DNA of 31,153 bases from Armatimonadota bacterium. GTDB lineage: Bacteria > Armatimonadota > UBA5829 > DTLH01. Positions 27,165-31,153 of this stretch are shown in pieces. A program made the translations under genes and the position numbers. A model generated the notes under the pieces. That model made no database searches. It saw only the letters and a list, made by a program, of their open reading frames with translations, and was not told the origin of the DNA. The stretch is taken from contig JBDKUN010000064.1 in assembly GCA_039679675.1 (NCBI GenBank), positions 1 through 31,153 on the forward strand, given 5' to 3'. Each line of letters opens with the position of its first letter. The first letter of the stretch is position 1.

Positions 27165-28882
27165 TGCAGGCTTTTTATAAGAAACGGCTCGGAGATATTC
27201 TTGTATCGGCAGGTTTACTGAGCGAAGAGCAGCTCGAATGGGGGCTTGAGGAGCAAAAACAGAGCTACAAACGTCTCGGAGAGATCCTTATCGATGCCGG
27301 CTGGGTGACAGAGGACGATATATCTGAAGCCAGAGCATTTCAACTTGATATGGCACATATCGCGCTTGGGGATTATCCGATCGATCCAGAAGTCATTAGG
27401 CTGATACCCGAACCGGTGGCGCGCACATATAAGTTGATTCCGGTTTGTAATACCGATGGAAAAATCTCCGTCGCGATGACCAACCCGCTCGATGTCGAGG
27501 CGATAGATGCTGTGCAGCGAGTGACCCGCAAGCGTGTAGAACCTATCCTCGCCAGTGATGCCAGGATGACAGCGACGCTGGATAAAGTTTATGGTTCGCT
27601 CGGTGGAGCGGACATAACAGCTTCTATGCAGGAGGCTGTAGGCGACGTAGAGATTACCATCGACGAAATCATATCCCCCGATGTCGATGAGGCAAAACGA
27701 CAAAGCGAGCAGGCCCCTATTGTCCGCACAGTCAGTCTCATTCTGCAGGAAGCCGTGAAGCGGCGGGCCAGCGACATTCATCTGGAACCGCGGCGCAATA
27801 ATGTGGAGGTACGCTACCGGATCGACGGCGTGCTGCACCACATCCGCAATATGCCGAAAGCACTCCAGGCCGCAGTCATATCGAGAATTAAAGTAATGGC
27901 CGATCTCGACATCGCGGAGCGGCGCATTCCCCAGGACGGGCGCGTCGGTGTCAGGGTGATGAACCGGATGATCGACCTCCGGGTATCGACGCTCCCTGTG
28001 CAGTACGGCGAGCGAGTTGTTTTGAGGGTACTCGATAAATCGGCGCAGCAGTACACACTCAGCCAGATCGGGTTCAGCCCGAAGGAGCTGAATGCATTCG
28101 AGAATCTCATCCGCAAACCCTATGGTATAATACTTGTGACCGGGCCTACAGGTAGCGGGAAGACGACGACACTTTATTCGGCGTTGACGAAGCTAAAGTC
28201 GCCGGATGTCAACATCATTACCTGTGAAGACCCGATTGAATATGAGTTGGAGGGAGTCAACCAGTCCGCCGTCAATGTGAAGGCCGGGCTTACGTTTGCA
28301 GCGCAGCTTCGCTCGATCCTTCGACAGGACCCGGATATTATACTTGTAGGTGAGATCAGAGACTCGGAGACTGCTGATATAGCTTTCCGGGCTGCCATGA
28401 CCGGCCACCTTGTGCTTTCGACTCTGCACTGCAACGATGCAGCGAGCGCAGTCACAAGGCTTATAGATATGGGAGTGGAGCCGTTTCTGATCGGTTCATC
28501 CGTAATCGGTGTGGTCGCACAGAGGCTGGTGCGGGTCATCTGTCCGAGATGCAAATCGCCGTATGAGCCGGGAGTCGAGGAGCTTGTTCCGTTCGGACTT
28601 ACTGACCAGGCCGAATCTATCCAGTTATTCCGTGGGCAGGGTTGCAATAACTGTGACGGCAGCGGCTATCATGGCCGCGAGGCAGTATCCGAAGTCCTGA
28701 CAGTGACGGATGACATCCGCAAGATGATCATGACTAACCCGTCATCAGATCAGATCAAAGCGGTCGCTATGGCGCAGGGAATGTCAACTATGAAGCAGAA
28801 TGCGATAGAGAAGATGCTGAAGGGTGTGACAACTCCTGCAGAGGTCAGCAAACGGGTATTCGTCGGCGACGATGTTGACTAA
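27164..28882 (+). CDS. pilB: PilB/GspE family assembly ATPase with MshEN domain
   Basis: Tandem RLG..L...G motifs, ASDIHLEP, Walker A GPTGSGKTT, EDPIE, LRQDPD.ILVGEIRD, TGHLVLSTLH and CxxC/CxxC zinc site. Confidence 0.9.
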   Translation: MQAFYKKRLGDILVSAGLLSEEQLEWGLEEQKQSYKRLGEILIDAGWVTEDDISEARAFQLDMAHIALGDYPIDPEVIRLIPEPVARTYKLIPVCNTDGKISVAMTNPLDVEAIDAVQRVTRKRVEPILASDARMTATLDKVYGSLGGADITASMQEAVGDVEITIDEIISPDVDEAKRQSEQAPIVRTVSLILQEAVKRRASDIHLEPRRNNVEVRYRIDGVLHHIRNMPKALQAAVISRIKVMADLDIAERRIPQDGRVGVRVMNRMIDLRVSTLPVQYGERVVLRVLDKSAQQYTLSQIGFSPKELNAFENLIRKPYGIILVTGPTGSGKTTTLYSALTKLKSPDVNIITCEDPIEYELEGVNQSAVNVKAGLTFAAQLRSILRQDPDIILVGEIRDSETADIAFRAAMTGHLVLSTLHCNDAASAVTRLIDMGVEPFLIGSSVIGVVAQRLVRVICPRCKSPYEPGVEELVPFGLTDQAESIQLFRGQGCNNCDGSGYHGREAVSEVLTVTDDIRKMIMTNPSSDQIKAVAMAQGMSTMKQNAIEKMLKGVTTPAEVSKRVFVGDDVD

Positions 28883-28890
28883 CGTTTTAT

Positions 28891-29913
28891 ATGGAAGTTT
28901 TAGGAGCTACCTCTACCGAGCTTGAAAAGCTGGCAGTGGAGCTTGGCGAGCCTGCTTATCGAGGCAGGCAGATCGCCGAATGGGTTTATAAGAAGAATGC
29001 GGACAGCTTTTCCTCAATGACCAGCCTTTCGGCTGCGTTTAGAGGAAAGCTGGAGTCCGCCGCATCCCTTTTTCGCAGCGAAATAATCAAACGCAGCAAA
29101 TCAAGGGATGGGACCGCCAAATATCTCCTCAAACTCTCGGACGGACAATGCATCGAGAGTGTGCTCCTCACCTATGAAGACCGTGTGACCGTCTGTGTAT
29201 CTACTCAGGTCGGCTGCGCAGCTGGCTGTGTCTTCTGCGCGACGGCGATGAGCGGATTTATCCGTAATCTAACCGCCGGTGAGATAGTCGATCAAGTTCT
29301 GACACTCCAGCGGGAAGCCGGACAGCGCGTGACGAACGTTGTTTTTATGGGGATGGGCGAGCCGCTTTTGAATTACGATGAAGTCCTGAAGAGCATTAGG
29401 ATTCTGAACAAAGAAGTCGGCATCGCAATGCGGAAAATGACGATCTCAACAGTCGGAATCATCCCAAGAATACGCAAACTTCAATCTGAAGGGCTTCAGC
29501 TGACACTTGCGATATCGCTTCACGCCCCTGATGACAATCTTCGCCGCGAGTTGATCCCGTTTGCCGAGCGCTACCCGCTTTCGGAGCTGATTCCCGCCTG
29601 CAAGGAGTATGCGGAGGCCACAGGGCGGCGTGTGACGTACGAATATTTGCTTTTGGCAGGTGTAAATGATACTCCGGCTCATGCAGAGAGGCTTGTCGCG
29701 TTACTTCGAGGCTCACTTGCCAATGTAAACCTGATTCCTTACAACGAAGTAGCGGGTAAAGGATATAAACGTCCATCTGCCGCCATTGTGACCGCGTTCA
29801 GGCAGGTTTTGGAGCAGAATGGGATAGAAGTGACTCAGCGCTATGAGCGCGGCCGTTCTGTAGCCGCCGCTTGCGGGCAATTGAGGGCAAGAGGGAAGGG
29901 AACAGAAGAATAG
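28891..29913 (+). CDS. rlmN: 23S rRNA/tRNA m2A radical-SAM methyltransferase RlmN
   Basis: STQVGCAAGCVFCAT (CxxxCxxC), MGMGEP, SLHA, VNLIPYN and AACGQL. Confidence 0.95.
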   Translation: MEVLGATSTELEKLAVELGEPAYRGRQIAEWVYKKNADSFSSMTSLSAAFRGKLESAASLFRSEIIKRSKSRDGTAKYLLKLSDGQCIESVLLTYEDRVTVCVSTQVGCAAGCVFCATAMSGFIRNLTAGEIVDQVLTLQREAGQRVTNVVFMGMGEPLLNYDEVLKSIRILNKEVGIAMRKMTISTVGIIPRIRKLQSEGLQLTLAISLHAPDDNLRRELIPFAERYPLSELIPACKEYAEATGRRVTYEYLLLAGVNDTPAHAERLVALLRGSLANVNLIPYNEVAGKGYKRPSAAIVTAFRQVLEQNGIEVTQRYERGRSVAAACGQLRARGKGTEE

Positions 29914-30170
29914 AGGATTTGAGGATCTAGGATTTAGGGAAATGCGAAATACCGCTACACGTTACTCTGAACTTGATTCAGGGTCCATTCTTTTCCTGGA
30001 TTCCGAGTCATGGCTTTTCGGCTGTGGCCGAAAAGCTTCCGGAAGAGTTTCAGTTATACCTGAAACTCCATAGCTCGGAATGACGTTGTGGTAGTCCAAC
30101 ATGACATATTACCTATGCTTCGGGATTTTTTTTCATCCCGAAGCACGAGTCTCCACCAATCCATGAATCC
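29914..30170. repeat. Cluster of nested REP-like palindromes between rlmN and DtxR gene
   Basis: AGGATTT-type short repeats; CTCTGAACTTGATTCAGGG hairpin; inverted homologue of the 19231-19359 element at 29991-30087; inverted copy of 10255-10304 at 30114-30165. Confidence 0.8.
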
Positions 30171-30197
30171 TGGTTTATTCAAATATCTTTCGACCCA

Positions 30198-30225
30198 TGC
30201 TATACTTAAGGTAAGGCTAATAACT
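30198..30225 (+). promoter_or_regulatory. Extended -10 promoter with adjacent DtxR-type operator
   Basis: TGCTATACT followed by TAAGGTAAGGCTAA, matching the first 14 positions of the DtxR/IdeR consensus TWAGGTWAGSCTWACCTWA. Confidence 0.55.
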
Positions 30226-30242
30226 TGTTTGGGAGGTGCGCT

Positions 30243-30881
30243 TTGCCAAGTCAGAGCGTTGAAGAGTATCTGGAAGCGATATACAGGATCGGCGGAGAGA
30301 CAGGCACGGTGAACACGTGCGAACTCGCCACAATGCTCGGCGTCGCGCCTCCATCGGTCACGACCATGCTTGCGCGGCTCACTCGCGACGGTCTTGTCGA
30401 ACATACCCGTTACAAAGGGCTAAAACTTACTGAAAGCGGCCGGGAGATGGCTGCATCTATGATCCGGCGGCACAGGCTTTCCGAACGGCTCCTTACGGAT
30501 GTGCTCGGAATGCCATGGCAGAGAGTCCATGAAGCAGCCTGTAAGCTGGAGCACGTCATGACCGGCGAAATAGAGGAGCGTACCTATAGAGCGCTTGGTG
30601 AGCCGGAACGCTGCCCGCACGGCCAGATGCTCAATGGCGACGAAAATGAGCCCTTGATAGCTTTGAGCTGTGCCAAGCCCGGAAGTAAGGTCCGTGTAGT
30701 GAAGCTGGCTGAAGAGAACGAGGAGTTTTTGATAGCCGTTGAGAAACTTGGGCTCGTACCCTCCGCAGAAGTGACTGTATCAGCTATTTCTGACTCCGAA
30801 ATATGCTACTCGGCAGCCGGTACCGAACATCAAATACCCATAGATTTAGCCCAGTATGTCTGGGTCCGTCCTGTAGAATAA
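30243..30881 (+). CDS. DtxR/MntR family metal-dependent repressor with C-terminal FeoA-like domain
   Basis: S.EEYL.AIY, LA..LGV.PPSVT.M, RRHRL.ER.L, HE.ACKLEH and CPHG; TTG start 30243 after GGAGG. Confidence 0.92.
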   Translation: MPSQSVEEYLEAIYRIGGETGTVNTCELATMLGVAPPSVTTMLARLTRDGLVEHTRYKGLKLTESGREMAASMIRRHRLSERLLTDVLGMPWQRVHEAACKLEHVMTGEIEERTYRALGEPERCPHGQMLNGDENEPLIALSCAKPGSKVRVVKLAEENEEFLIAVEKLGLVPSAEVTVSAISDSEICYSAAGTEHQIPIDLAQYVWVRPVE

Positions 30882-31005
30882 TCAGTTATGCTTCCAAAGC
30901 ATATTTCTTTTTGATTTGAATCTCCAATAATCCCCAGAATACGACTTTCCACAAATCCGAAAAGATAATGTCAGGTTCCCAAGATAGGGTAGGGGTAGTA
31001 CATAG

Positions 31006-31035
31006 GAAAGGCCTCCTTTTAAGGGGAGGCCTTTT
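31006..31035 (-). terminator. rRNA operon terminator
   Basis: AAAGGCCTCC...GGAGGCCTTT hairpin just downstream of 5S rRNA. Confidence 0.75.
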
Positions 31036-31044
31036 AAAAGTAAA

Positions 31045-31153
31045 CCTGGCGACAACCTATCTTTCCGGAGAGTTGCCTCTCAAGTATTGTCGGCCCTGGA
31101 GGGCTTAACTTCCGTGTTCGGTATGGGAACGGGTGGACCCCCTCCGGTATGGT
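31045..31153 (-). rRNA. rrf: 5S ribosomal RNA (5' end cut by window edge)
   Basis: Reverse complement contains CACCCGTTCCCATACCGAACACGGAAGTTAAGC and ends GATAGGTTGTCGCCAGG. Confidence 0.96.

Overview
A 31-kb bacterial chromosomal segment of moderate GC. The gene mix and PEP-CTERM style suggest an Armatimonadota-like organism, but this is inference. The window opens with the right end of a probable IS982-family element and closes in the 3' part of a 5S rRNA gene. Recognisable genes: htpX-lemA, tgt, an HD-domain protein, an RRM protein, SPFH-trmFO, polX-PHP, leuS, rlmN and a DtxR/MntR regulator. Also present are two GH130 paralogues, a secreted glycosidase-like protein, a PEP-CTERM protein, a URO-D/MtaA-family protein and an operon ComEC-type MBL hydrolase - DUF3006 - CheB-like - MshEN-PilB/GspE - rlmN. 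Several small orphan genes sit between the conserved ones. No CRISPR array, tRNA or complete mobile element is visible. The most unusual signals are: (1) intergenic regions packed with several families of REP-like palindromes nested inside one another, with compensatory stem changes between copies 11 kb apart; (2) a CheB esterase domain lacking its catalytic His, translationally coupled to a PilB with a c-di-GMP-binding motif in a competence-like operon; (3) a recurring GTTTA-N14-GGGTAC (SigB/SigF-type) promoter before unrelated genes; (4) a tgt gene that appears to need a non-canonical ATC start; (5) a leuS leader with a short ORF and a terminator-like hairpin. All protein assignments come from motif recognition by eye; no database search was run.
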